A DNA stretch of 63,297 nucleotides, filler included, from Chiloscyllium plagiosum (GCF_004010195.1; 4 parts of one record of this genome joined end to end with filler, not necessarily neighbours in it), one strand, 5' to 3'; numbered from the whole stretch's first letter, positions 37,259 through 51,268 are shown. Numbers and translations: made by a program. The notes: generated by a model from the sequence alone, not told the origin.

Positions 37259-37358
37259 NNNNNNNNNNNNNNNNNNNNNNNNNNNNNNNNNNNNNNNNNN
37301 NNTTAATTAATTAANNNNNNNNNNNNNNNNNNNNNNNNNNNNNNNNNNNNNNNNNNNN
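37259..37358. other. Artificial gap/contig join
   Basis: 44 N + TTAATTAATTAA + 44 N. Confidence 0.97.
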
Positions 37359-37615
37359 TGTCCTACCTGCCTATCTTCTTTTCCACCTATCCACTCCACC
37401 CTCCTCCCTGACCTATCACCTTCATCCCCACCCCCACTCACCTATTGTACTCTATGCCAATTTCTCCCCACCCTCACCCTCCTCTCACTTATCTCTCCAC
37501 CCTTCAGGCTCTCTGCCTTTATTCCTGATGAAGGGCTTTTGCCCGAAACATCGATTTTACTGCTCCTCAGATGCTGCCAGAACTGCTGTGCTCTTCCAGC
37601 ACCACTAATCCAGAA
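37359..37615 (+). mobile_element. PLE pLTR 3' part with hammerhead motif
   Basis: C/T-rich pLTR; 37525-37549 CTGATGA-A-GGGC-TTTT-GCCC-GAAAC; close to 60340-60508. Confidence 0.85.
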
Positions 37616-37799
37616 TAATTTGAAGAACTCTGGGTTGTTGTTAAATCAGTCGAGTCAGGTAAATTTACATTGACATTTGCGTTAGAAAGACGAGATAATA
37701 ATTCGGATGCATGCAGTTTATTTGCAAAGCCTGATTCCTCTACGTATTTATATTTGACCTTCTGCTGCTGTGTTAGTCTCCTATGTATCATTGCCTGTC

Positions 37800-37990
37800 T
37801 CCTTGTCCAACTCATATTTTGGAACCTCATCATCCCTGATTTTAATTGGTCTCTCAATAGCAGTCATGCCTTCAGCTGTCTAGGTGCTCACCTCCAAAAT
37901 TCCATCCCTGTTATCTCTCCATCTCTTTTCTCTCTTTGAAGACAATCCTTAAAATCTAACTCTTTGACCAAATGTTTGGTAACTTGTCCC
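37800..37990 (+). mobile_element. L2-type LINE 3' end fragment
   Basis: gccttcagctgtctagg...ctttgaagacaatccttaaaatctaactctttgaccaa pattern typical of L2 3' ends. Confidence 0.55.
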
Positions 37991-39806
37991 AGTGTGTCAG
38001 TGTTGTCCCCTGGAAAGAATGTATTGGTCTTGGGTGCAGATTTACGAGAATGATCACTGGCCTCTGGGGATTAAAATGCAAGGAGACAATGCACAAACTG
38101 AAGTTTTGCTCCCAGGATTTTAGAATCTTAAGTGTACAAATGTCACAGTTGGGTCTGGGCACTTTTGGCAGACAAGGGCTGGAAATGATGCTGGCACAAT
38201 CCAATGAATATTGATTGACTATTTACCTCATTTACAAAGAAAGACTTTAGCAGGAACTCTGTATGAAGCTTATTCCCTCAGGTTCCAGTTCCATGTGATC
38301 TGACGTCACTGATAATCCACTCCTGCTATTAGCACAATGCCTCTTAATTCCTCTTGCCCCATTAAAGGGTGATTTGATCAAAGGTTTTGAGATATTGAGA
38401 GAAACTGCTTTCACTGATTGGGGAATCTGGTTCTAATTAGGATCAGGCTTTGCAGGATTGAAATTAGGATAAACTTCTACACACGGGGTGAAAGCAGTTT
38501 GAAGCTTTCTTCCATAAAAGGCAATTGAGTGTTTCCTCATTTTAAATCTAAGATAGTTTTGTTTTGATTTCTTAAAGTATTAAGGAATATGGGACAAAGA
38601 CAGGTATATGGCCTTAGGTCACAGACCAGACATGATCTAATTCAGGGATGGGGAACCTCCGGTGTGTGGACCGAATCCAGTTTAATTTGGTCCGGAGGCC
38701 CTCACCAAGATCTTGGCTCAATGTCCTTGGGTAAAGACAGCAACAAATCAGTCAGGCACCCTGTCAGTTTCACTATGTTTTGTTGGAGTTGCAGTTGACA
38801 TCTTGTAATGTACCTGATCAACCAGTTACAGTGTGACAATTCCCTCCAGAAACATTGGTCTTTTCTGTTTAGCTCACTATTATTTCTTTAATGCTGCTGT
38901 GTTACTTCCATGTGTCTGGGTTTATTAGAAATTGCTGCTGTGTGAAGAGGCAAACCCATGCAGCCAGGGCAACCGTACCAGAAAGGGGGAAGGGTTGGGG
39001 GGTAGTGGGTGTGGTGAGTAATACAGTGAGCAAATGTGGAGAAGGAATGAGCAAGCTGACAGGGGAATGGGAGTGTAGAGGTGACAGATGCAGCCAATGG
39101 GGTTAGACTGAGGGATTCCGAGGGATGCAGCCCTCAGCAATAATTGAAGGTGAAACCGGTTTGAATCTGGAAATTTGTAGTCAACATGGTTTAAACAGAG
39201 AACAGTGGACAGAAATTCTAACTGAGGCATTTGTGTGGATTTTGTTTAGTGATCCAGGAATACTGGATGATTGATACAACACCCATCGCTCCTTTATGTC
39301 CTCATTAGAAAAACAAGGAGCTAATACTGTCTTTCCCAGAATGAGAGTGAGAGCGCAGAGAAGGAGAGCGAGTGACACTAGGAAAGGAGAAATGACCAGA
39401 GTGGGAAAGGAGAGAGACAGCAAAAAAAAGGTGGATGTGAAAAAGATCAAGTCGAAAAGGAAGGCAGTGAAATTGGAAAGGGGGAAGAGGATGAAGGCAG
39501 AAGAGAGCCAGAGTGGGAACGGGGGAGTGAGAGTAGGAAAGGAGGGAGAATAAGAGACATAGTAGCAAAGGGGGAGAATGACAGAGACAGTTTAGTAATT
39601 ATTTTCACAAACCTTTTTTCATTTGAGGTTATGTTCTGTCAGACAAGTTGTTCAATTTTGGGGGGAGTAACCAGAGTGGGTTGTTGAGGCCAATACTGTT
39701 GTTATGGTTTTCGCGTAGGTCCAAACGCCATTTGATACAATGTTGGAGAAGTGATGTGAGCCGAGTTAGAGCTCATGAAATAGAGGGAATGGTAGTAACA
39801 TGTCCT

Positions 39807-40123
39807 TTTAGATTTTAGATTAGATTACAGTGTGGAAACAGGCCCTTCGGCCCAACAAGTCCACACCGACCCGCCGAAGCGAAACCCACCCATACCCCTA
39901 CATTTACCCCTTACCTAACACTACGGGCAATTTAGCATGGCCAATTCACCTGACCCTGCACATTTTTGGATGGTGGGAGGAAACCGGAGCACCCGGAGGA
40001 AACCCACGCAGACAGGGGAGAACGTGCAAACTCCACACAGTCAGTCGCCTGAGGCAGGAATTGAACCCGGGTCTCTGGCGCTGTGAGGCAGCAGTGCTAA
40101 CCACTGTGCCACCGTGCCGCCCC
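39807..40123 (-). mobile_element. Young full-length HE1-type SINE inserted in an old CR1 remnant
   Basis: Minus-strand gggcggcacggtggcacagtggttagcac...ggttcaattcc; CpGs retained; (ctaat/ctaaaat) tail. Confidence 0.96.
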
Positions 40124-41484
40124 AATGGATATGGAATTGGCTGAATGACAGGAATTAGAGAGTAGTGCTGTGAGCAATTCATTTCAGAACGTGCTCAGGC
40201 ATCAAATCATCTACATTGCACATATCAAAATCTTCATTGCCAGCAAACATAGGAAGGCTCATTAAGGGAAAGCAATCTCAGGAATTGCATTACAACTGTG
40301 GGTGAGTTGACCACTTTTTGGTTTTCTCTCTGGAAAATTAAACTAAGCAGCTTTAGTTATCTGCTGCACTTGATTTTTGTCAACATGCCGCCAGCCCCCA
40401 AGTGGGAAAAGGATCACTGTTTCAGAATGCTGACTTCTTTTCCCGTGTTACTCATTTCACTAAATGAATTATCAAAATGTTAACTGATCAGACTCCTGTA
40501 AAGTGCTTTCGTACAATTTACTATATGAGAGGCACTCTACCATGGAAGCATTTGTGTTTTATGCACTAGATTTAATGTTTAATACATTCTCAAATATCAT
40601 ACATATGCCATTTTATTTGTGATTGTTTAGAGAGTCTAAAACCAAGAGCACTGTTTAAAAAGTAAGGGTGATGCCACACACTGATAAATCATTTTACTCA
40701 GTGGGTTGTGAACCTCAACTACAGAGGGTTGTGGAGACTTGATTTCTTTGAGTATGTTTAAGGTAGAGATGGATTTCTGATTCCTTTGACATACAGGTTT
40801 ATGAGGACGAGATGAAGTGTTTGAGCAGCCATGATGGGTGGGTCAGGTGGGTCAATGGTGGGTCAGGTTTCCTATGTTGTTATAATTTGCTTACAATAGT
40901 TTGCTATTACAAAATGGGAGGACTGGACTGACAATTAAAAAATAATCCTTTCTTTCAAATTTACTGACGATTATTCCAGAAACTTTGCATGGTATTTGTT
41001 GACAATTATTTCTGCATTACTGCAGGAAATAACACAGGAAGTTTCTCTGTTTCTCGTGATCAGGAACTGTCAGTGTAAGGGATTCATGGATAAGTTTTTT
41101 TTTAAATACACAATAAATAATGAATCACGTTTGTCATCAGTTTATTTGCCTTAACCAGCATTTTACACATTTCAAAGCTCAAAACAAAGCTACGGGAACA
41201 TTAAAAAATAGATGGTGAGAAAGCAAATGAGAAAGTAGGAAAAGAGACTATCTGCTAGCATAAAAAGGAAGCAGGAGCTTATAGTTGAGTTGTGAGATCT
41301 GTTTTATTGAAGAGGAGGATGCTGCTGGGTCATGATGAAACATAAGGTAACACTGGAAGTGTTCCATGTTGATAATGATGAGGTATTGAATAGATTGTCT
41401 GTATTTCAGATTGATCAAACACCAAGAATGGACAAACAACATCCAAGGATATTAAAGGCAGAAAGCATGGAAATTGCAAAGGTA

Positions 41485-41700
41485 CAGGTAGTTCTTCTAT
41501 AATGTGATGGTTGCATTCTTGTGCAACCCACCTTGTAGGAAAATTATGCTTTAGAAACAGCATTTAAAGTGTTGGTGATGTAACCATGTTATAGCCAACA
41601 CACTTTTAAAAAGTTCACACTTTAGAAAGTGTCTTCAATTCATTAATCCTGTTACAGCAAGTGCGTGTTAACGAAATGCATGTTATAGCAGAACAACCTG
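41485..41700. mobile_element. Tc1/mariner (Tigger/pogo-like) MITE
   Basis: 18-bp TIRs caggtagttcttctataa / ttatagcagaacaacctg (16/18 match); TA at 41483-41484. Confidence 0.7.
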
Positions 41701-42814
41701 GTTTGAAAATAATTTTCGAGTATTGCTTAGACTTGGGGTGGTTCCAGTGTACTGCAGATTTGCAAATATTACACCCTTATTTAAAAATCACATGTTGATG
41801 AATTCAGCAACTACAGACAAGTCAATTTGGAGGGAAGCTTCTAGAAACAAGGATTTGGGGCAAAATTTGATAGTCATTAATAGGCAAGTGTGGGAAAGCA
41901 GGCATGGCTATCTTGAATGCAAATTGTGTTTGATTAATTTACCGAAGATTTTTGATGAGTAAACAGAAGGTTAATGAGGCTACTGTTGGACTGGTGCACA
42001 TTTCCTTTTGAAAGTCATTCAGTAATGTGCCGTATAACAAATTTGTGAATGAAGTTATAAGTCATAAAACAAAATGGACAGTAACAGCATGCAGACAAAA
42101 TTAGCTGTGACAGGAAACAGAGGGAAGTGGTCAATGAATTGCTTTTGGATATGAGTAAGATTTAAGGGCTGGTGCTAAGACCCTTGCTCTTATTGATATA
42201 TACTAATTATCAAGGTGTACAGGGCACAATTTAAAATAGGCAAATTGTTGAAAACCTGGGAGCATTGTGAAGTGTGCAGATGATAGTACATAACTTCAGA
42301 AGGATAGAGGTTGATGGATGGACAAACAAGTGGCAGATTACATTCAAAATGGAGATGTATGAAGGCATTAATTTTGTGGCAGAATGCAGAGAGACCATAT
42401 AAAATAGTTTACAATTTTAAAAACTTGGAGGAGGGGGGACATGGGTGCATATGTAAAAATGTCATTGAAAGTGGTAAATAAAGCATACAACATCTTAGGT
42501 TTTATAAATAGGGGCATACAGCGCAAAAGCAAGGAAATTATGTTCAACTTGAATGGAACACTGAATTGGCCTTAACTGCAATATTGTGTGTAGTTCTAGG
42601 GGCCACACTTAAAGAAAGATGTGAAGGAATTAATGATCATGCAAGAGATTGGTTCCATGGAGAAACAACATCAACTACCTAAATGGATTGATAGAGTTAG
42701 ATCTGTTTGCCTTGTAGAGGAACAGCTGAAAAGAGAGTTGATCAAGGTTTTCACAATCACCAGCAGTCTGGCAGAGTAGATAGATCTCATTGGTGGAAGG
42801 ATTGAGAAGGGATG

Positions 42815-43444
42815 TGTTATGAACCAGACCAAACTACCTCAAAATATTCAGAAGATATTCCTGACCCTAACTGTTTTTCTTATTTTAAAGGTAAATGTAA
42901 GGTGTTGCATTCCAGATGCAATTTGATTAGCAAAACTACTGGATTTAAAAGAAAACACTTCATTCATCCACTATAGCTAAAATACAACAAAAGAAAGAAG
43001 AAATTGGAATAAGCTAACTCTATTGGAATAACTTAGTAGAATAATAGACACAGTAGCAATTACTAATTAACTGTTCCAATATAGGAACATCCCACCAGCA
43101 TTCCATAGAAAAAAACAAATTCAGAAAACAGATTGTTTCACATGCAACTCCAGTGGCAGGAAGAGAACTCCTAGTTTGTCGCTGTAACTGAGAGGGAAAA
43201 GGTAGCTGTCACTTCTTCAAGACTCCAACAGCAACTGCTGAAACTAAAAACTAAAAGTCCTAATTTTGTAAGATCTTGACCCCACCCATTCAGGCTGCTT
43301 CAATTGTTCCAACCCAAAAAACAGCCCAAGACATCACAATTTGTTTATTCTATTGGCTCTAGTAGACTGCTCTACACCTCTGCCTTAATACCTCTCTTCA
43401 AAAAAAAGGACAAAATAACCTCTTAAAGCCATAGTATTGCCACA
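42815..43444. mobile_element. Solo LTR (630 bp)
   Basis: TG...CA termini (tgttatga / tgccaca); flanks ggatg / gaatg; interrupts a colinear CR1. Confidence 0.65.
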
Positions 43445-43689
43445 GAATGCACAGATATGAAGTAATTGCCAAACGAAGCAAAGAAAATGTGAGGAAAATC
43501 TTCTTCCTGCAGTAAATGCTGGCATTTGTGATGGACTACCTGATTATGTAATGGAGGGACATTCAATTGAGGTACTCAATTATTATCTGAAAATGACAAT
43601 AGACAGGGCTACAGGGTGAAAGCTGGGGATTATCAATAGGTGAAATGTTCTTTTAATCATCATTAACTGGTTCTTTCTCCAAGGCAATA

Positions 43690-43830
43690 TCACTACCAAT
43701 GAGACTCCACTTACCAATTAGCAGTATCCCCACATATAGCATTAGTTGTTGTTGTTCCTTTACTTTGGTATTTCTTGTGAATTGTTCTGATGAGTGCAAG
43801 ACAAAGCTTTGACAAATTACATTTTTGCAG
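43690..43830 (+). mobile_element. Degenerate PLE-like pLTR fragment with hammerhead remnant
   Basis: ctgatga-gt-gcaag-ac-aaagc at 43787-43806 (G of GAAA missing). Confidence 0.45.
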
Positions 43831-46059
43831 CATTAAATCCAATTATTTTATGGTATGCAAATATTAAGTATATTGCTTTGCTGAAGGGTAGCTATGTTGT
43901 ATAAATACCTATATAACAACATAATTACATAGTGTACTTCGATACTGAGACAGACTTGTGAAAGAAATACAAGGTTGTTCATAATGAAAGGTGTTTTTAA
44001 GAATAATCAAGGTAGCTTTGATTTGCATGCAGATCTTTGCGCACTTACTCTTTAATGTAAAACTTGGGAGCATTGTCAACTGTAAGACTGATAGTAATTG
44101 AGATGCTGACTGATATGCATGTGCAAGCAGAATTTGAACATCCTTGGAGTTTTTTTGTTTAATGTTCAAATTTTATGGAATAATGCTGAGCAGAAGTTGA
44201 AATAAACAGCAGTGAATTTTATGCGATAGCTTTAATGATGCAATATTTAACAAAAAAAGTCAACCTTTTCTATTTTTATTACCATGAAATGCACTGTAAC
44301 ATCGTCAAAATTGTGAGATATTTAACTTCAGAGCATTTTAACTTTCATAAACTCTCCATTTAAAACATAAAAGTGAAATATCAATGATTGGTTATTTTTC
44401 AATTTGCAGGACTGACAAATGAAACTGATAGATTCCATGGAAGTCAATCACACCTTCAGAGAGGAGTAGAGAAGCAGAGACAGACACATTTTAATTGGCT
44501 GATGAGCTGTGAGATGCACATCCTGTTATGTTAAATACTGAATTCATTCAATGGTGAAGCATTCTAGCCAGAAGCAGTGTGGTTAGATTTAAAAGCTGAT
44601 TTTCAGTGCATCAGTTTAAGTACTGTACATGCAAGGAAGCTTAAACCAAGATCAGTTGGATTATATGGAAATATTACAAACACTAGGATGAAGAAGAGTG
44701 GATTCAATAAACCTCAGGATCCCACATTCAGCATTGAAAAAATAAGTCACACATTAGGTAAGGGAAATATTTTTAATGTTAACCTGTTTCGTAATTTAAT
44801 ATTTCTAAGCATTTTCTTTCTACACTTCATTGCATTAATACTCTTAAACAGGAGGGTAATAGAGCAAACATATATTAATTTTAAATGCAATAAGCATAGT
44901 GGTCCATCAGGTTCAGCTTGCTTAACTGATGTAATGCAGAACTAGATTTAAATGCAAGGAAAGCAGAAACTATAACCATTTTATTCTAAGTTAAAAATGT
45001 TGCAATATTTAGTAAACACAATTGATGTCAGATTAATTGCTTTGAAAATATCCAGCTAAGATCCTGAAGGAGAATCTTAGTTTAACTATACTCGTAATGT
45101 AGCATTACAAATTGCACAGTATTGAGCTTACTTCTAAAATCAATTAATTAGAAATGTAACTACTTTTGTATTTAATATAAATAGTTTTAACTTTCACATT
45201 TTGTGAGCTGATAAAATTATTTAAATAATTGTTTTAGTCCTCATTTGATTGATGTGCATGTGCTGTAATTGCATCTATAACTTGTGTCAATCAAGTAATA
45301 TTCAAATATTATTAAACTGGTAGCTTACTTTGCTTGTAGCTTGTGCATTACCATTTTTCTCTTGCAATCTAATTTGAAATTCAAAAACTGAGGCAACAAC
45401 TGTATTAACCATGGCTTTCTTCACCCACTGGTGGTTACAGAATACTGTTGTGATTTAAATTAAAATTATTGTTTCCTGAACATTGCATAACTTTTTTGCC
45501 ATGCTTGGATCAGAATTATGAAATATTCAAGATGAAAAATCAGTTTGCAAAATTATTGATTTGATACTTCAAGCAAATGCCAAAACGTCAGAATTGATTT
45601 ATGTCGTGTAAATTTGAATAGGATTTCTCATTTGAAAACTCACGGTGGATTATCTAATTTCAATGTATAATCAGGGTTAAAAACTGGTCCATTAAATTTG
45701 TGCTTTCTCCGAGGTTCTGTGTTGTATGTTGGGTTTCCTTCAAGAATTCTACAAGGTGGAAGGTGCTTTGGATTGTATGCCTGAAAGAAATGTGTGACAT
45801 ACAATGAAGTGAAAATATTGGTAAATTAACAGTTCACCATTAGAATAATAATTCATAAATTACTTACGCATTTGGAAATGTTCAGAAGAGCAGAATGTGA
45901 TATCCTGGTTATATAAGTTCAAGATTATGTACAGAGATTTTTCAAAGTGCTTTTGAATTCAAAAGTGTTATTGTGTAACGTGAAATTAAATATAAAGGTG
46001 GTCGCCTCTCTTCACCTGAATTTAATGGAAAAACACAAAATAGTCTTTCTGGGGTATCA

Positions 46060-46072
46060 GTTGCTAAGCAAC
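46060..46072. promoter_or_regulatory. Candidate RFX (X-box) site
   Basis: GTTGC-TAA-GCAAC palindrome within a ~2.9-kb stretch lacking recognisable repeats. Confidence 0.35.
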
Positions 46073-46704
46073 ATAAGGCAGATGGTTTCTTGGGGGTCAA
46101 ATTGTTAACAGTAGTATGACATAAATTAAGGACACATTAAGATAGCCAAAAAGGGTCACATAGTTAATTGTTTTTGAGACAGATCGGTATTTGCATCTTA
46201 TATAGTACATATTTTGACTTTACATGCCAATACATCAAAGCAAGTAGAAACAAACAATGTTTTTTCCTTTTTTTTTAAACAAAGTAGCTTTTGAAATCCT
46301 TTTAAATTTCACAATGCCTTGTTTTAGTCAGTACTTTTAAAATAATTTGCTTGATTAATGTCATGTATTAGGTGGGATAAAGTAATTTAACAGCAATAAA
46401 GAACCGAGGTCTCGATTTTGACATTGTGTGATTATAAAATGGGTAATAACAAACTCATAACCTGGTTTATATCTCCTGAGTTTTATTTCCATTGACTTCT
46501 TTAGTGCGGGTGGGCCTTCTTTGCCTGGTAGGTTCAGGCAGCAGAACTTAAAAGTCTTGACGCTGTTCCCACTGTTCATGTCAAACAGATAGTGGTGTGA
46601 GTATTAACATTTTCCTTTCATATGTGTTTTTTTTTACAAAGCAATTTACAATGCATTCTGAGCCAAGAGGAATGTCCAGCGTTGCCCCTGGGAATGGTAG
46701 TAAA

Positions 46705-47105
46705 GTGGAAGTGTTAAGTGGTTGGTAATCTGAAGGCCTGGAGTAACGTTCTGAAGACATGATGTCAAATTCCACCATAGAAGCTGGTGAATTTAAATAA
46801 AAAAATATTAATTTGAAATTTCAGAAAAGACAATGGCTCATGTTGACCACGGAAATACTGGATTCTCATAAAACCCTACTTTAGTATGCAAATGTCTTTA
46901 ATGAAAAACATCTGACACTCTCACCTAGTCTGATTTACATGTGATTCCAGACCCACAGCAATGTGATTGGCTATGAATTGCTCTCTGAATTAGCCTAACC
47001 AGCCACACGTCATGAAGAAGGCAACTCACTACCATCTTCTCTAGGGCAATTAAGGATGGATAATAATTACTGGCCTTGCCAATGATGCCCACATGATATG
47101 AATAA
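46705..47105 (+). mobile_element. SINE-B: tRNA-headed internal-deletion derivative of LINE-B (older copy)
   Basis: Head/body homologous to 50945-51268; tail ctagggcaattaaggatggataataattactggccttgcc shared with LINE-B. Confidence 0.75.
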
Positions 47106-47769
47106 TTGGAAAGCTATGGTCATCCTGCTGTCAAAACACAAAAAAAAACAAAAATGAGAATGTAAGAGTTCCAAAGCGGTTGAATAGTTATTATCATACC
47201 TTATGCTTTATGTACAAATTAAACTCAATATTGTATCTTTTCTTGAGTTATACTAAGATATGCAGAACGCCACTTCTGCAACACTAGGAGATGGGAGCTG
47301 GTTCCGCTGGTGTTGTTCATGTTCATTCTAGTTCTAGTTTTAGTTCCAGAATAGAGATACAAGATAGCACTGTAAACGCAGTTCCCTTGATGTGGAGTAT
47401 ACTGGCAGCTGAGAGGTGAACATCAAGGTGAGATGTGGACGAGACCGGTTAACTGACTTCCAACAGCCTGTAAAGCATCAGTTTGGATGCTGCGGGATGT
47501 TTGCTTTCAGAGATAATAAGCAATAAATGCTCACTCTCAGAGAAAGTGCTGTGAATATCATCCTGTCATCTAGGCAGGGCTGCCACTGTTTGGTTTCCTT
47601 GTGTGAAGATTTCCCAGTCTTAGTTTTACTGAAGTAGCACTCAGCTGTTCTTGTGCCTTTGACCTGGTAGGATTCACACAGCTCATGAAACCCTTGTGAT
47701 AACTGGTAAAGCGAGAATGATGGGTTAAATCTGGAATTAATTGCCTACTTGAGTATTTTAGTGAACAAC

Positions 47770-48832
47770 CTTTTTGTTCACCCATGAGATGTGGACATTG
47801 CTGGCCTGCCAGCATTTATTGCCCGTCCCTAGTTGCCTTTGAAAAAGTGGTGGTGAGCTGCCTTCTCGAATTGCTGCAGTCCACATTCTGTAGGTTGACT
47901 GGTAATGCCCTTAGGGAGGGGATTCCAGGATTTTGATCCAGCAACACTGAAGGAAGGGCAATATATTTCCATGTGAGGATGGTAAGTGGCTTGGAGGGGA
48001 ACTTGCAGATGGTGATGTTCCCATGAATCTGCTGCCCTTGTTCTTCTAAATGGAAGTGGTTGTGGATTTAGAAGGTGTTGTTTAAGGATCTCTAGTGAAT
48101 TTCTGCAGTACATCTTGTCGATAGTACAGACTGCTGCTACTAAGTGTCGGTGATGGAGGGAGTGTATGCTTGAGGAATGGTGCTTAACAAGTAGGCTACT
48201 TTGTCCTGGATAGTCTCAAGCCTCTTGAGTGTTGTTGGCGCTGTATCCATCCAGGAAGGTGGAGAGTATTCCATCATGTTCCTGATTTGTGCCTTGTAGA
48301 TGGTGGAAAGGCTTTGAGGAGTTAGGAGGTGAGTTCCTTGCTGCAGTATTCCTAGCTTCTGCCCTGCCTTTTGTGACAAGTTCAGTTGAGTTTCTGATCA
48401 ATGGTAGCCCCAAGGATGTTGATAGGGGATTCAGTCATGGTAATATCATTGAATGTCGAAGAGTAATGATTAGATTGTCTCTTTTTGGAGATGGTCATTA
48501 CCTAGCATTCACGTGGCATGAATGAACATTGTGCAATTGACAACTAACGTCCTCACTTCTGACCTTATGATGGAGGGAAGGTCATTGATAAAGCAGCTGA
48601 AGATGGTTGGGCCTAGGATACCACCCTGGGGAACTCCTGCAGAGATGTCCTGGATCTGAGATGACTGACCCTCACAAAACCACAATAATCTTCCAATGTG
48701 TCAGGTATGACTCAGACCATTGGAGTGTTTCCCTCCAATACCCAATGATTCCAGTTTTGCAAGGGCTCTTTGATGCCACACTTGGTCGAATATGGCCTTC
48801 ATGTAAAGGCCTGTCACTCTCAACTTACCTCA
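47770..48832 (-). mobile_element. LINE-B 3' portion (RT C-terminus plus 3'UTR)
   Basis: KAGQKLGILQQGTHLLTPQSLSTIYKAQIRNMMEYS..LKRLETIQDK; SWNPLP; AHHHFFKGN; tail gggcaataaatgctggc. Confidence 0.9.
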
Positions 48833-50311
48833 CCTGACGGTTCCATAGGGGATAATTTTAAAATTTTTATATCTACTTGTTCATACACACTTTGGAGCAT
48901 TTGGTTACCATTTGGTTCCTGTGTCACAAGAGCCCTACTGTGGGAGTTGTTTGCTCACCAGCGAACCCAAAATAAGGCCAGAAGTGATGGAGTGAAGGAA
49001 GGGAGGGACATCCCTTTGGGTTCTTGATCCAATCTCAGTATTTTTTGGTTGTAACTCCTTAACCCCCACCACTCATATTCAATATGCTCCCTTTTGTAGC
49101 TAAAATTCTACCTGTTGAGTGTGGGTGGGCAGGGTGGAACCTTAGACTCTGCAGAATGAAGAAAACATCCTGAGTGCTATTTCAAAGTGAAATTTGCCAG
49201 GCCATAATTGTTAAAAGTATCAAAAGGAACTGGTTTGATGGTAGCATTTATTTGAAAAAAAAACCTGCATGCATCATGATGCCAGTAAAGAGGACTGTTC
49301 ACGTAAACTCTGTTTGTTTCGACTGCCAAGATATTCAGTAGCTGTGATGGGACTGGATCAGAGAATGAATGGTCTACTTCCCTGACATTGCACGAAATTT
49401 GTGAATGCTGTGGCATAAAGGACCTGGCAAAAAGAAAATGAAGCCATCATCAGAAACAGCACTGTGAAAACGAGATAACAGCAATTCAAGGAGCAATGTA
49501 ATGACTTCACCTGAAAAGGGAATGTAAGTATGAAGCTTGACGTCTGTTCACAATATTTATAACCCTTGTGGCAGCTACCTAGAACTTCTTATTTCTTAGT
49601 GTAATGAGCTGCTTAAAACTGCTTTTAAAAGATGGTGACTCATGCAAAGATGGTAAATAATGCATAATAAAGGTTGACTCATTTGAGGTTATCTGCATGG
49701 TGCATCGAGGCTGAGTGAAAAAGTGACACTTTGCAAAACTGTCAGCTACGTCTGAGTGATGGTGTGCATTGGAATCATTGAGGTACAACTGCTGAATACT
49801 GGACAGGAGGAATAGAAAGGGTAGGAGGAAGAAAAAGGGGAGACCAATCATTGAAGGAAGTACAAGCTCCCTCACGTTCTCCATCAAGCAAAGAGAAAGG
49901 ATCTCTGTCCCTGTATTCAAACAAGTAAAATCCTTTCAGATCACTGCAAACTGGTGAATGGTAACAAGTGCAGAGTACAGATCATTCTGCTATAACCCAT
50001 GTTTCGTCAGTGTGTATTGGCTATAATGTGCTTGATGAATTGTGGACATTGTTTAGATGACGTGAATTTTCTACTGAACAGGTATAACAATTTTATATTA
50101 GCGATCTTCTACAGTGTGATTTTCCATACCGGTTCTCCACAACTGTCACTTTATAGCAGTACAATCTGTAGTCTGAATGCTGGGTTTAAGGTGATGATGA
50201 AACCCTGCAGGTGTCCTTGGAGTGAATGGTTGCTTGAGAGCTATTTGCTATGGAGCTCCTTAAAGTTGAAGTCCTGTCAGCTATAGACTTTCACCAATAT
50301 CCTGTAATACA

Positions 50312-50508
50312 GTCAAAGAGTCATAGAGATGTACAGCATGGAAACAGACCCTTCAGTCCAACCTGTCCATGCCAACCAGATATCCCAACCCAATATAGTC
50401 CCACCTGCCAGCACCTGGCCCATATCCCTCCAAACCCTTCCTATTCATATACCCATCCAAATGCCTCTTAAATGTTGCAATTGTACCAGCCTCCACCACA
50501 TCCTCTGG
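50312..50508 (-). mobile_element. CR1 3' end
   Basis: Closely similar to 29346-29545. Confidence 0.93.
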
Positions 50509-50809
50509 CCGCTATTGTAAATAATTATAGCAGACCGTGAAGAAGGATGAAACCATTGAAATCAGGTCCAATTGACTCGAGTATCAATGATACCCAAATT
50601 CCTGCTGACCAATCAGAGACTGGCAGCTCAGCGCAGAAGGGATTGGAAGCCATGAGAATGTTCCTGGAGTTACACATTAAATTGTACAACGTGGCACTGG
50701 AACAGCTCAGTGAGAAAGGAAACTGTACTCATGGTTCTTGGTCTCTGTAATCAGGTGGAAGTGAATGCATTGCTAGGATCAGGAATTAATGAATGTTCAC
50801 AATGAGAAT

Positions 50810-51268
50810 TTCTTTTATTCATTTCTCGGACTTAGGCATCACTGTCTGGCCAGCATTGATAGTCCATCCCTAATTGTCCTTGAGAAGGTGGTGGTGAGCT
50901 GCCTTCTTGAATCGCTGCAGTCCACTTGACTTTCTAGTGATTGTTACAACTGAGTGGCTTGAGAGGCTATTTCAGAGAGCAATTGTGAGTCAACCACATT
51001 GCTGTGGCTCTGGAGTCACATGTAGGCCAGACCAGGTAAGGATAGCAGATTTTCTTCCCTGAAGGACATTAACGAACCAGATGGGTTTTTCTAACAATTG
51101 ACAATAGTTTCATGGTTATCTGTCAACTCTTTATTACAAGATTTTTAAAAGTTGAATTCAAATTCCAACATCTGCCATGGCAGGATTTGAACCCAGGTCC
51201 CCAGAGCATTATTTTGGTTTTCTGGATTCATAGTTAAGTGATAATCCCATTTGGCCATCACCTCCCCA
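50810..51268 (-). mobile_element. SINE-B: tRNA-headed internal-deletion derivative of LINE-B
   Basis: A box (51248-51258) and B box ggttcaaatcc (51183-51193); 50810-50925 matches the LINE-B 3' end at 47770-47885. Confidence 0.85.

Larger units (their letters stand above)
41270..43660 (+). mobile_element. Old CR1 ORF2/3'UTR with nested MITE and solo LTR
   Basis: LGVVPVYCRFANITPLFK, LCLINLPKIFDE, gcaatattgtgtgtagttctagg remnants, colinear across both insertions. Confidence 0.75.

Noticed and set aside
39296..39590. Lys/Arg/Glu-rich ORF
   Set aside because: Purine-rich simple sequence
49260..49423. Minus-strand candidate exon (good acceptor, one open frame SFMPQHSQISCNV...)
   Set aside because: No recognisable protein similarity, weak donor, no partner exons
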